Shown here piece by piece: positions 24,676-33,283 of a stretch of 64,000 nucleotides of DNA; position 1 is the stretch's first letter; every line of letters starts with the position of its first letter. The stretch covers positions 5,441 to 69,440 of the forward strand of contig DATASA010000110.1 in the NCBI GenBank assembly GCA_036269435.1, written 5' to 3'. The stretch comes from Acidimicrobiales bacterium (GTDB lineage Bacteria; Actinomycetota; Acidimicrobiia; Acidimicrobiales; AC-14). A program made the position numbers and the translations under genes. A model generated the notes under the pieces. It was not told where the DNA came from and did no database searches. It saw only the letters and a list, made by a program, of their open reading frames with translations.

Positions 24676-27600
24676 GGCGGGGCTCCGCCGCCGCGACCGG
24701 CCGGTGAGGCGGGCGACGCGGCGGCGCAGCGGCGGGCACAGCAGGAACAGGCAGATCAGGAGTGTGATCCCGGTGACGACCCGCCCGACGGTGGCCGCGG
24801 TCGTGCGGTGGAACTCCAGCTTGACGAGATGCTGCCCCGGGCCGACAGGGACGCCCAGGAAGCCGCCGTCGGCGGTCACGACGGGCGCCGACTTCCCGTC
24901 GACCGTCGCCACCCACCCGGGGAAGTCGCTCTCGGCCACCACGATCAGCGACGCCCGCGACCCGTTCGTCTGGATGCTCCAGCGCCCCGGCGCGGTCGGC
25001 GTGGCCACCAGCTGCGTGCCCGACGGGTCGGCCGCGGCCATGCGCGGGTAGAGCGGCGAGAACGCTGCCGCCACCTGGGGATGGAGGCGGTCGCCGAGGA
25101 TGAGGTTGCCGGCCCCGCGGGCGTCCGAGGTGGTCCACATCTGGGGCGCGTCCTTGGTGGCGCAGCCGTCGCAGGTCATGGTGAAGGCGTAGGTCCTGCC
25201 CGCAGAGTCGGCGATGGGGTCGAAGGCGAAGCGGGTCATCCCGTTCTCGTCGATCCCGCTCGGCTTCACCCGCAGGATCTCGGGCCCGAGCGACACGCCG
25301 TCCGCGCCGACCTCGTGCAGGGCCAGCTCGGTCGCCGCGGTCGCGCCGCCGTCGAGCCACACCGCCACGCCCTCCAAGCCCCCGACTCGCGACGGGAACA
25401 CGGCGCCCGTCGGCTGGACGACGGGGATCAGCGTCCGCCCCGACCGCACGCCCACCCACGGCGACATGCTGCAGGCGATGGCCAGCTCGTTTCCGAGCCG
25501 GTCGGTGCCGCGCTGCGGCGTGGCGAGCGGGTCGCATGCGTCCGCCGGCGCGATGGTGCTCGGACCGAGAGCCGACAGCGCGCGTGCCGTCGACGCACCT
25601 CCGGTCACGACGCCGACGTTGCGGCCGGCGAGGGCCACGGCCAGCTCCGGCGAGACCGTACGGTCGTCGACCACCGCGACCTGGTCGTACGCCCGCACCA
25701 TGGGCAGCACCCTCGGATTGGGCTCCAGCTGGAGGTCGCTCACCTTCTCGTCTGGCTGGTTCACGCCGGTGAGCAGCTGGGCCGAGATGTACGCGGTGGC
25801 CGAGAGGCCGAGAGCGGCGTCGCGGTAGCCGGCGGGAGACGCCTCGAGCACCTCGCTCGTCAGCCCCCACACGTCCGGCGCGGCCAGCGGGTGCGGCCAT
25901 CCGACCGAGAGGTCGGCCCGGGCCTTGAGAAGGGCCTCGTCCGTGCCCGGGTCGCCGAAGTACGGGGTGGCGATCCTGTACGAGTTCTGGACGCTGTTCA
26001 AGGTGGCCGCCGCGGCCTGGAACGCCTGGGTGTCGTCCGGCGGCCGAAGGGTGTAGAGGCTGCGGTACGGCGCGATGTCGATGAGAAAGGCGATCATCAC
26101 GACGACGGCCAGGATCGGCCCGAGCGCCGGAAGCCGGCGGGGCCGGGCCATCGCCCACCGTTCCACCAGCGTGAGCGGGAAGGCGCCGGCCAGCGCCACC
26201 GCGAGCGCGGCAAGCGGGTAGAGCCGGGGAAAGCGGATCTCGGTGAGGAACGGGATGAGCCGCTGCGCGGCGGTGATCGGCGTCACGAACGGCAGGACGA
26301 ACAGGAACACGGCGAGGCACCAGGCCGCGATGGTCCCGGCCCGGCCCAGGTCGAGACGGCGCAGGAAGTTGCCGCACATCAGGCCGACGACCAGGCCGAG
26401 CACGACCATGACCGGTGCCCGGGTGGCCGACGCCAGGCCGCCGGCGGCCAGCGAAACCGTCCCCATGGACATCCAGACACCCATGGCCGCGACGACCAGG
26501 ATGGCGCTGAGCGTGCCGTCGGCGTCGTCGTCGCGGCGGGCCAGCCACACCACGGTCACCGCGGTCAGGGCGACGCAGACGACGCTCAGGTAGAACGCGC
26601 TCGCCGCGGCCTTGTCCATGCGGAGCGCCTGCTGGGCCACGTTCTGGAAGTCGATGGTCCCGGACAGCGGCGTGGCCCGGCTCATGAACGCCTGCGGGCG
26701 GCGGCCCAGCGCCCCGGCGAAGAACTCCAAGCCGTTGCGCACGTCGGCGGCCGGCGTGAGGATGAACGACTTGGAGCGGGCCACGAAGGCGAACAGCCAG
26801 TGGGCCGTCACCCCGAGGCCGATGAACACGACGGCTCCGGCCCGGATCATGACGCCCTTCGGCCGCAGCGGCCCGGGCGCGGCTTTTCGCGCTCGGGCCA
26901 ACTCGACGACGAGCAGGATCCCGCACAGCATCATCAGCGAATAGGTGTGCTCGGCCTGCTCCAGCACGGCCGTGCCGATCAGGAGCCCGGCGATGGCGAT
27001 GTACTGCGGGCCCTCCCGTCGCAGGGCCCGACCGAGGCTCAGGATCAGCCACGGCGTCGCCGCGAAGACCCACAGCGACGGCTCGTGGCCGAACAGGGCG
27101 CCGTGGGACGCGAACAGCGGGTGCAGGCCGTACAGCAGTCCGGCGGTGACCGCCGGCCACGTCCGCCCCCACAGCGCGCGGGCCAGGACGAAGGCGCCCC
27201 AAGCCGCCACCACTCCGGCGGCCAGGATGCCCAGCTTGACCGCCTCGTCCGGGCTGAACAGGGCGGCGAGCGGCAGCAGCACGACCAGGTGGAAGGAGCC
27301 GACGAGGTCCCAGATGGGCGTGCCCGACCAGAGGTCGGGTATCCACGCGGGAATGCCGTCGCCGGCGCGCCAGTGCTTGAGGATGATCCGCAGCCACAGC
27401 GAGACGCCGGGCCCGTCGCTGATGATGGTCCCGTGGCGCCACCCGCCCGTGAAGGCCAGCACGGCCAGGGCCAGGAAGGCGAAAACGGCGACCGTGACGA
27501 GACGGCGGCGACCGAAGGCCTGGAGCCACCCGCTCGGCCGGCGCCACCTCGCGGGAGCCACCTCCGAGTCCGGTCGCGCCGGGATCATGGTCTCCGTTGG

Positions 27601-27693
27601 GACCTCCAGGGGCTGCATCGGGCCGAGGCGGGGCGGTTCGGCGGTGAGGAAGGGATCAGCCGGCCGACGGTACCACCGGCTCCATTTGCCCAC
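24457..27693 (-). CDS. Large YfhO-like polytopic membrane protein (GT-C-type glycosyltransferase candidate)
   Basis: 1078-aa ORF. GDGIPAWIPDLWSGTPIW block parallels the LPVWNPYNAAGVP block of the 14532-16994 protein. Many TM segments, ~480-aa extracytoplasmic region, terminal TM. Start uncertain: GTG 27693, or ATG 27588 which has a GGAG upstream. Confidence 0.7.
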   Translation of the reverse strand: MGKWSRWYRRPADPFLTAEPPRLGPMQPLEVPTETMIPARPDSEVAPARWRRPSGWLQAFGRRRLVTVAVFAFLALAVLAFTGGWRHGTIISDGPGVSLWLRIILKHWRAGDGIPAWIPDLWSGTPIWDLVGSFHLVVLLPLAALFSPDEAVKLGILAAGVVAAWGAFVLARALWGRTWPAVTAGLLYGLHPLFASHGALFGHEPSLWVFAATPWLILSLGRALRREGPQYIAIAGLLIGTAVLEQAEHTYSLMMLCGILLVVELARARKAAPGPLRPKGVMIRAGAVVFIGLGVTAHWLFAFVARSKSFILTPAADVRNGLEFFAGALGRRPQAFMSRATPLSGTIDFQNVAQQALRMDKAAASAFYLSVVCVALTAVTVVWLARRDDDADGTLSAILVVAAMGVWMSMGTVSLAAGGLASATRAPVMVVLGLVVGLMCGNFLRRLDLGRAGTIAAWCLAVFLFVLPFVTPITAAQRLIPFLTEIRFPRLYPLAALAVALAGAFPLTLVERWAMARPRRLPALGPILAVVVMIAFLIDIAPYRSLYTLRPPDDTQAFQAAAATLNSVQNSYRIATPYFGDPGTDEALLKARADLSVGWPHPLAAPDVWGLTSEVLEASPAGYRDAALGLSATAYISAQLLTGVNQPDEKVSDLQLEPNPRVLPMVRAYDQVAVVDDRTVSPELAVALAGRNVGVVTGGASTARALSALGPSTIAPADACDPLATPQRGTDRLGNELAIACSMSPWVGVRSGRTLIPVVQPTGAVFPSRVGGLEGVAVWLDGGATAATELALHEVGADGVSLGPEILRVKPSGIDENGMTRFAFDPIADSAGRTYAFTMTCDGCATKDAPQMWTTSDARGAGNLILGDRLHPQVAAAFSPLYPRMAAADPSGTQLVATPTAPGRWSIQTNGSRASLIVVAESDFPGWVATVDGKSAPVVTADGGFLGVPVGPGQHLVKLEFHRTTAATVGRVVTGITLLICLFLLCPPLRRRVARLTGRSRRRSPASAGRPGDALDVGAPPAGRRRKQPLDARQRVPGTAAAGGQPPGRERDEAVLATVDHVEPGSGDQPEQRRPGEA

Positions 27694-27708
27694 CGGTCGC
27701 AGGGACGC

Positions 27709-28449
27709 TCATCGTGCCGCGACCGACCGCCGCCTTCCGGTCACGAGGTCACGCAGGCCTGCGCCCGTCACCAGGACGAATGCCTCGGCGACGATGCGGG
27801 TCGACATCTTCGACCGCCCGTGCCGGCGCTCCAGGAACACGATGGGAACCTCGATGATCGACCGGCCCGCACGGGCGAGGAGGTGGGCCATCTCGACCTG
27901 GAACCCGTAGCCATCGGCTCTGACGCGGTCGAGATCCAGTCCGGCCAGGGCCTCGGCGCGGTAGGCCCGGAACCCCGAGGTGGCGTCGGCCAGCGGCAGG
28001 TTCAGCACGACCGCCGCGTAGCGGTTGCCCCAGCGCGACAAGGTGCGGCGGAACAGCGGCCACTGCGGCGGAATGGAGCCCCCCGGCACGTAGCGGGATC
28101 CGATGGCCAGATCGGCGCCTCTCTCGATGGCCTCCAGCAGGGCCGGCAGCGACGCCGGATCGTGCGACAGGTCGCTGTCCATCTCGACCAGCACCTCGTA
28201 GCCCTTCTCCTGCCCGTAACGGAACCCGGTGCGGTAGGCACTGCCCAGCCCGGACTTGACGGGCCGGACGATCACGTCGACCCCTCCCAGCTCGCCGCCG
28301 GCCGCTTTGGCCACGTCCGCAGTCCCGTCCGGGCTGGAGTCGTCGACGACCAGCACGTCAGCGTCCGGTGCCGCGGCCCGCACCCGCTGGAGCACCTCGA
28401 CGATGTTGTCGGCCTCGTCGTAGGTAGGCAACACGACGAGGGCACGCAC
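27709..28449 (-). CDS. Polyprenyl-phosphate sugar synthase (Ppm1/DPM1/CsbB-like GT2)
   Basis: Start set at GTG 28449 (TTG 28455 is an alternative). VVLPTYDEADNI, VVDDSSPDGT, EMDSDLSHDP, GSRY, RSKMS. Confidence 0.85.
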   Translation of the reverse strand: MRALVVLPTYDEADNIVEVLQRVRAAAPDADVLVVDDSSPDGTADVAKAAGGELGGVDVIVRPVKSGLGSAYRTGFRYGQEKGYEVLVEMDSDLSHDPASLPALLEAIERGADLAIGSRYVPGGSIPPQWPLFRRTLSRWGNRYAAVVLNLPLADATSGFRAYRAEALAGLDLDRVRADGYGFQVEMAHLLARAGRSIIEVPIVFLERRHGRSKMSTRIVAEAFVLVTGAGLRDLVTGRRRSVAAR

Positions 28450-28513
28450 CGACAAACTGTAGGATTCCGTGGTGCCCGACGCCAGGCGTGAGCCGCCCGG
28501 TGGGCGCGGAAGC

Positions 28514-29587
28514 GTGAGCCGGCGGCGGGGTCGGTGGCGGTTGGTGCTCCCGCTGGCGCTGCTCGTGGGCGCGTGCTCCAACAGCGGTGGCTCGCCGACC
28601 GCCCGTTCGCCCGTCGTCTTGCGGCCGGGTGCGGCCGACCATGCCGTGCTCAATGGATCCGGCTCGACGCTGGCCGCCAACGTCGTGAACCAGTGGGCAC
28701 AGCAGTACCGGGCCATCGCGCCAGGCGTGACCATCAACTTCCGTGCCGAGGACGCCCGCACCGCGACCGCCGAGCTGCAGTCCGGCACCGTCGACTTCGG
28801 CGTCTCGGAGTCGCCCGCCCTTCCTGCGGCGCGGATCGACATCGCCGCCGTCCCGTCCGCCGCCACGGCCGTCGTCGTCGCCTACAACCTTCCCGGGGTG
28901 CCGGCCCTGCGGCTCTCGGCGCCGACGCTCGCCGGCATCTTCGGCGGGTCGATCACGTCGTGGGAGTCGCCGGAGATCGCAGCCGACAACCCGGGCGTCG
29001 CCCTTCCCAACGCCGCCGTCGCCGTCCTCAACCGCGCCGACCCCTCCGGGGCCACGCTCGTGCTGTCGCAGTTCCTCCAGGGCTCGGCACCCGGGCGGTG
29101 GACGGTCGGATCGGGGGCCACCGTCGCCTGGCCGGTCGGTACGCCGGTGACCGGCGACGCGGCGATGACGGCCGCCGTCACCGGCAAGGTCGGGGCGATC
29201 GGCTACACGTCGGCGGACGAGGCGGGCACCGCCGGCCTCCGGGTGGCCATGATCAAGAACGCGGCCGGCAAGTTCTCGACTCCCACCGCCGACTCCATCG
29301 ACACCTTCCTGCTCAGCGCGGTCGGGACGCCCGACGACCTCGATCTGAAGGTGGGCTACGACAACCCTGCGCCGGTGTCGTACCCCCTGAGCGCGTTCAC
29401 CTACATGCTCGTTCCCAAGGCCCCGCCGACGTCGACCAAGGACGTCGCCCTGCGCAACTTCCTCCAGTGGGCCCTGAGCGAGGGTCAGGGCTCGACCGAG
29501 CGGGTCCGGGCCGCGCCGCTGCCCCTCCCCCTGATGGTCCGCACGCTGGAGGCGCTGCAGAGCGACGACCTCCGCCCCAAGCGCTGA
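28514..29587 (+). CDS. PstS-family (phosphate-binding-protein-like) lipoprotein, no adjacent pstCAB
   Basis: GTG 28514 preceded by GGAAG. Signal plus lipobox RRRGRWRLVLPLALLVGAC. GSGSTLAANVVNQWAQQY, NRADPSGAT. Confidence 0.75.
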   Translation: MSRRRGRWRLVLPLALLVGACSNSGGSPTARSPVVLRPGAADHAVLNGSGSTLAANVVNQWAQQYRAIAPGVTINFRAEDARTATAELQSGTVDFGVSESPALPAARIDIAAVPSAATAVVVAYNLPGVPALRLSAPTLAGIFGGSITSWESPEIAADNPGVALPNAAVAVLNRADPSGATLVLSQFLQGSAPGRWTVGSGATVAWPVGTPVTGDAAMTAAVTGKVGAIGYTSADEAGTAGLRVAMIKNAAGKFSTPTADSIDTFLLSAVGTPDDLDLKVGYDNPAPVSYPLSAFTYMLVPKAPPTSTKDVALRNFLQWALSEGQGSTERVRAAPLPLPLMVRTLEALQSDDLRPKR

Positions 29588-29605
29588 GCGGGTCGCGGGC
29601 AGGTC

Positions 29606-31453
29606 TCAAGGGGCGCGAGGCGCGACCCGGCCCACTTCTATCCGGCGGATGCACAGCTTCGAGTGCGCTTCGAGGACGAGGTAGAGCGCCCGCAGGGAAT
29701 CGACGTGCAGGGAGAAGAGGTTGGTCTGGTCGCCGCCGCGGGCGAGCTTGACCACCTCCGGAGTCGACGGTGGGCCGTTGCCGGGCGGCTGCGTCGCCAT
29801 GGCCAACAGCGGCTGGGTCTGCGACGAGTACCGCAGCGCCGCGTACAGCGGGCCTCCTGTGATGGGCGCCGGCGGGCTGAACCCGATCACGGTCGTCGCG
29901 GCCGCAGACGTCACGCACACGGCCCCGTCCACGATCGCCGCCGTGGGCGGGTCGACCCCGAGCGACGCGGCCTGCAGCAGGGCGACGGCGTCGCCGCCCC
30001 CAGCCGAGGTGTAGGTGACCGGCCGGGGCGTGCCATCCGGGCCGACGTCATAGAGAGGGCGGCCGGTGACGTCGAACGTGAAGCGGTCGTCGATCACCGG
30101 GAAGACCTCCGATGTCACGTTGTAGGGCGCCAGGAACGACGGCATCACGACGTTGGGCACGGCGTCGACCACGAAGGCCCGCCCGTCCGCCGGCGCCGGC
30201 AGCCTGGCCACGCCGGCCTGCAGGCGGTCCTCGTAGTTCCGGGCCTGGCGCCCGAACCACACGCCGCCGCTGCTCAGCTCACCCGCTCCGAAGGCGCCGA
30301 GGACGGCGTAGGCCGCGACGCAGGCCCCGACGAGCGCAGGGACGATGCGTCGAACCGGGAGGGGGGCGCCCAGCGGATGCCACCGCAGGACCACCGCCCC
30401 GAGCGCGAGCACGAAGAGGTACGACGCCTCCAGGTTGTAATAGACGGTGTAGGCGATGGTCTCGGGGCTGAAGGTCCCGATCCGGGTCAGGCCGACGACG
30501 AGCGCGTTGGCCGCGAAGGCGAGGGCGAAGAAGGCCCATGCCCGGCCGCTCCCCCGGCGGCGGGCGACCGTCCAGACCACACCGGCGACGATCACCAGTT
30601 GCACCAGGACGATGGCCGCGGTGGTTGCGGTCGACCTCGACCCCTTGCCCAGGTAGAGGTCGAAGAAGCCCGGCCCGACGACCCGCAGCCACAACGTCGA
30701 CAGGTAGCGCCACAGCACCCCCACCGACGGCGTGCTCACCGCGTCCTTGTAATACGTCACGTAGATCACCAGGTAGACCGCGACCGGCGCCGCATACAGC
30801 GCCCAGGTCCGCCACTCCCGCACTGCGTCGCGGCACGTGTCGGCGAGGGACCGCTCCGGCTCGAGCAGGAGCACCCGGAGCAGGATCAGGTAGAGCGGGA
30901 TGAAGACGGGCTTGATGTAGAAGAGCAGCGCCAGGACCATCGCCCCTACGGACACGGCGAGCGCCCGGGGCGACCGGGTCTTGAAGAAGCGGAGGTAGGC
31001 GATCATCGAGACGAAGGTGAAGATCGTCGCCGGTACCCGGTCGAGCCCCGACGACCACCACTGGATGACCCCGACGTGCACGATCGAGGCCCCGTAGAGG
31101 AACGTCAGCACGACCGGGCCGGGGCCGGGCCCGTAGAGCTCGGCCAGCAGCCGGTGGAACAGCAGCAGGGTGACCGCGAAGCCGAGGAGCAGGATCACCT
31201 CGGCCGCGGCGAAGTTGAAGGGGAAGAGGCGTTCGAGGAACCAGTCGCCCAGCCGGTGACCCGGCGCGAAGTGGCCGGACGTCCCGGCGAAGAGGTAGCC
31301 GGCCGACAGGCCGCGCACCTGCGCCTGGCGCAGGTTCTTGAAGTCGTCCCAGAGAAAGCCGCTGGTCGAGGTGAAGTACCCCAGCGCGACGACGGGCAGG
31401 ACGATCGCGGCGGCCAGCTCCGCCAGACGGTTGGTGGGCGGACGGCCGCTCAC
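29606..31453 (-). CDS. PMT/ArnT-like polytopic membrane protein (GT-C-fold glycosyltransferase candidate)
   Basis: GTG 31453 overlaps the upstream stop (GTGA 31450-31453). First loop FLWDDFKNL (acidic pair), ~11 TM segments, ~200-aa C-terminal soluble region. Confidence 0.55.
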   Translation of the reverse strand: MSGRPPTNRLAELAAAIVLPVVALGYFTSTSGFLWDDFKNLRQAQVRGLSAGYLFAGTSGHFAPGHRLGDWFLERLFPFNFAAAEVILLLGFAVTLLLFHRLLAELYGPGPGPVVLTFLYGASIVHVGVIQWWSSGLDRVPATIFTFVSMIAYLRFFKTRSPRALAVSVGAMVLALLFYIKPVFIPLYLILLRVLLLEPERSLADTCRDAVREWRTWALYAAPVAVYLVIYVTYYKDAVSTPSVGVLWRYLSTLWLRVVGPGFFDLYLGKGSRSTATTAAIVLVQLVIVAGVVWTVARRRGSGRAWAFFALAFAANALVVGLTRIGTFSPETIAYTVYYNLEASYLFVLALGAVVLRWHPLGAPLPVRRIVPALVGACVAAYAVLGAFGAGELSSGGVWFGRQARNYEDRLQAGVARLPAPADGRAFVVDAVPNVVMPSFLAPYNVTSEVFPVIDDRFTFDVTGRPLYDVGPDGTPRPVTYTSAGGGDAVALLQAASLGVDPPTAAIVDGAVCVTSAAATTVIGFSPPAPITGGPLYAALRYSSQTQPLLAMATQPPGNGPPSTPEVVKLARGGDQTNLFSLHVDSLRALYLVLEAHSKLCIRRIEVGRVAPRAP

Positions 31454-32706
31454 CCGGTCGGCGCGCGGTCCAGGAGTCGCGACCCCGCACCGGGCGCATC
31501 GAGTGTCGGCGGAACGGCCGGCGGGCGGCGGCGGGCGGCATCGCGGTCGATCCGCCGTGCGAGGTTCAGGGCCGGCCGTTCGACCGCGAACCAGCTCACG
31601 GACGCGAGCAGCATGGCCCCGACCGCGCCGGTGAGCAGCAGCCGGGTCAGGCCGCCGGAGAAGAACAGGGTGCCGGTGGCGTCGTACCAGAGCAGCAGCA
31701 CGAACACGTGCCACAGGTAGACGCCATAGGAGACCTTCCCGGCGTAGGCCATGGGCCTGCTCGACAGCAGCCGCTGGACGACGCCGTGATCACCCGGCGC
31801 GAACACCGCCGGCAGCAGCAGGAACAAGGCCGCGGCACCGTAGAGCGCCTGGGTGGCGAGGCCGACGCCGAGCCCGGGCAGCACGCCACGCGACACGCTG
31901 TAACGGCTGGCCACCAACCAGAAGCAGACCCCGGCCAGTGCCCACGATGCGGCCGAGGCCCAGCCCGCCCCCCTGCCAGCCGACCGCCTGTCGGCGCGGA
32001 GGGCGCTCCAGCTGCTGGCCACCGCCAGGCCCATGCCCAGGGCGAAGTAGTCGAGGTTGGCCGGCAGCCAGCGCAACGTCTCGGGGTGGGCGGGGAAGGC
32101 GTGGAACTCCCAGACGCGGAAGGCGACGCTGGCCCAGTACATCGTCGCCAACCCGGCGATCTCGACACCCAGGACGCGCCAGTCGTCCCCGCCGCGGGCC
32201 AGGCGGCGGACGAGCAGCGCGTACAGCGGAAGGAAGGCGTAGAAGCTCAGTTCCGTGCACAGGCTCCAGGCCTGGGCCACGCCCCCCCAGAGATGCGCCG
32301 GGCTGTAGATCTGGAACAATCCGTAATAGACGAACGCGTCCCACACGTTTCTGATCTGGAGGGCGGCGGCGCCGAACACGACCACGATGACGGTGAGGGC
32401 CACCCAGTAAGCGGGAAAGATGCGAAGCGCACGGTGCCTGAAGTAGCGACCCAGACCAGGCGAGGGATCTCCCGCCAGGTGGGACCAGACGAACGGGCGG
32501 TAGAGCAGGAAGCCCGAGATGAGGAAGAAGATCGCCACCCCGATGTCCATGTGGTCGAAGTAGGCGCCGATGCTCGTGCGGTGGTCGCTGCCGGCCAGGT
32601 TGGCGGCGTGGTGAACGAGGACGGTGCCGGCGGCGATCGCCCGCAGGCCGTCGAATCCGCGAAAGTGCGGCCGTCTCCCGCTCGTGCCGCCGCTCGGTTG
32701 GCTCAA
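31450..32706 (-). CDS. Acyltransferase family 3 (OafA/YrhL-like O-acyltransferase)
   Basis: 418 aa: FDGLRAIAAGTVLVHH, GVAIFFLISGFLLYRP, 10 TM segments. Confidence 0.88.
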   Translation of the reverse strand: MSQPSGGTSGRRPHFRGFDGLRAIAAGTVLVHHAANLAGSDHRTSIGAYFDHMDIGVAIFFLISGFLLYRPFVWSHLAGDPSPGLGRYFRHRALRIFPAYWVALTVIVVVFGAAALQIRNVWDAFVYYGLFQIYSPAHLWGGVAQAWSLCTELSFYAFLPLYALLVRRLARGGDDWRVLGVEIAGLATMYWASVAFRVWEFHAFPAHPETLRWLPANLDYFALGMGLAVASSWSALRADRRSAGRGAGWASAASWALAGVCFWLVASRYSVSRGVLPGLGVGLATQALYGAAALFLLLPAVFAPGDHGVVQRLLSSRPMAYAGKVSYGVYLWHVFVLLLWYDATGTLFFSGGLTRLLLTGAVGAMLLASVSWFAVERPALNLARRIDRDAARRRPPAVPPTLDAPGAGSRLLDRAPTG

Positions 32707-32715
32707 GGTGGCCCG

Positions 32716-33228
32716 ATGCTAGGCCGCCTCTGCCGGCGCCTGTCGGCCCCGGTGCTGGCCGCGGCACTGTTCGGTGCGTGCAGCCCGACGCGAGCGCCGG
32801 CACCCGTGCCGCCCGCGCCCGCCGTCCAGGCGCTGGCCGGCGCGGTGGTCGACGGGATGCAGCGCCGCGGCCAACCGGTCGGCTTCGTCCTCCGGTACAC
32901 GATGGCGACGGACCCCGACCATCAGCTCGGCCGCCCCGGCAGCTACGTCAGCAGGGCCGACTTCAGCGACACCCGTCTGGTGCCGGGGGGCAAGGGTGCG
33001 CCCTCCCGGGAGGATGCCAGCGGGTCGGTCGAGGTGTACGCGACGGTCGCCGAGGCCCAGAGCCGGTACGCCTTCTTCCAGGCCTTCGAGAAGGACGACA
33101 AGCTGATCCACGAGAGGGCGATCCTGGAGGGCGCGGTGCTGCTGCGCCTGTCGCAGAAGCTGAGCGGCCCCCAGGTGGACGGCTACGACGCCGCCTTGAA
33201 GACCGTCCTCGGCCTTCCGGCCGGCTGA
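32716..33228 (+). CDS. Hypothetical lipoprotein
   Basis: In-frame ATG 32716 in track ORF 31708..33228. MLGRLCRRLSAPVLAAALFGAC lipobox. 170 aa with no recognised domain. Confidence 0.6.
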   Translation: MLGRLCRRLSAPVLAAALFGACSPTRAPAPVPPAPAVQALAGAVVDGMQRRGQPVGFVLRYTMATDPDHQLGRPGSYVSRADFSDTRLVPGGKGAPSREDASGSVEVYATVAEAQSRYAFFQAFEKDDKLIHERAILEGAVLLRLSQKLSGPQVDGYDAALKTVLGLPAG

Positions 33229-33280
33229 ATCATGCTCGGCCTTCCGGCCGACGAGAGTCATGCTCGGCCTTCCGGCCGAC
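33202..33280. repeat. Three tandem copies (27-28 nt period) of a hairpin-forming unit with core CTCGGCCTTCCGGCCG
   Basis: Cores at 33208-33223, 33235-33250 and 33263-33278. Copies 2 and 3 are identical over 23 nt (TCATGCTCGGCCTTCCGGCCGAC). Each core folds as TCGGCC-TTCC-GGCCGA. The array lies between convergent gene ends (33228 and 33284). Confidence 0.8.
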
Positions 33281-33283
33281 GGG

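Noticed and set aside
27588-27693. Treating the N-terminal 35 residues of the 1078-aa membrane protein as certain
   Set aside because: GTG 27693 has no visible SD, whereas ATG 27588 is preceded by GGAG. The start cannot be decided from sequence, so the longest ORF was listed with the caveat.
29590-29628. Hairpin GGGTCGCG...CGCGACCC after the PstS-like gene as a bidirectional terminator (and mini-hairpins at 63562-63591)
   Set aside because: It has an 8-bp stem with a 23-nt loop containing the convergent gene's stop codon, and no U-tract. That is too weak to call as a feature.
33202-33280. CRISPR-like array (also considered for 47713-47794)
   Set aside because: There are only 2-3 directly abutting copies with no unique spacers, no cas genes, and units that overlap coding 3' ends. 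These are simple tandem duplications.
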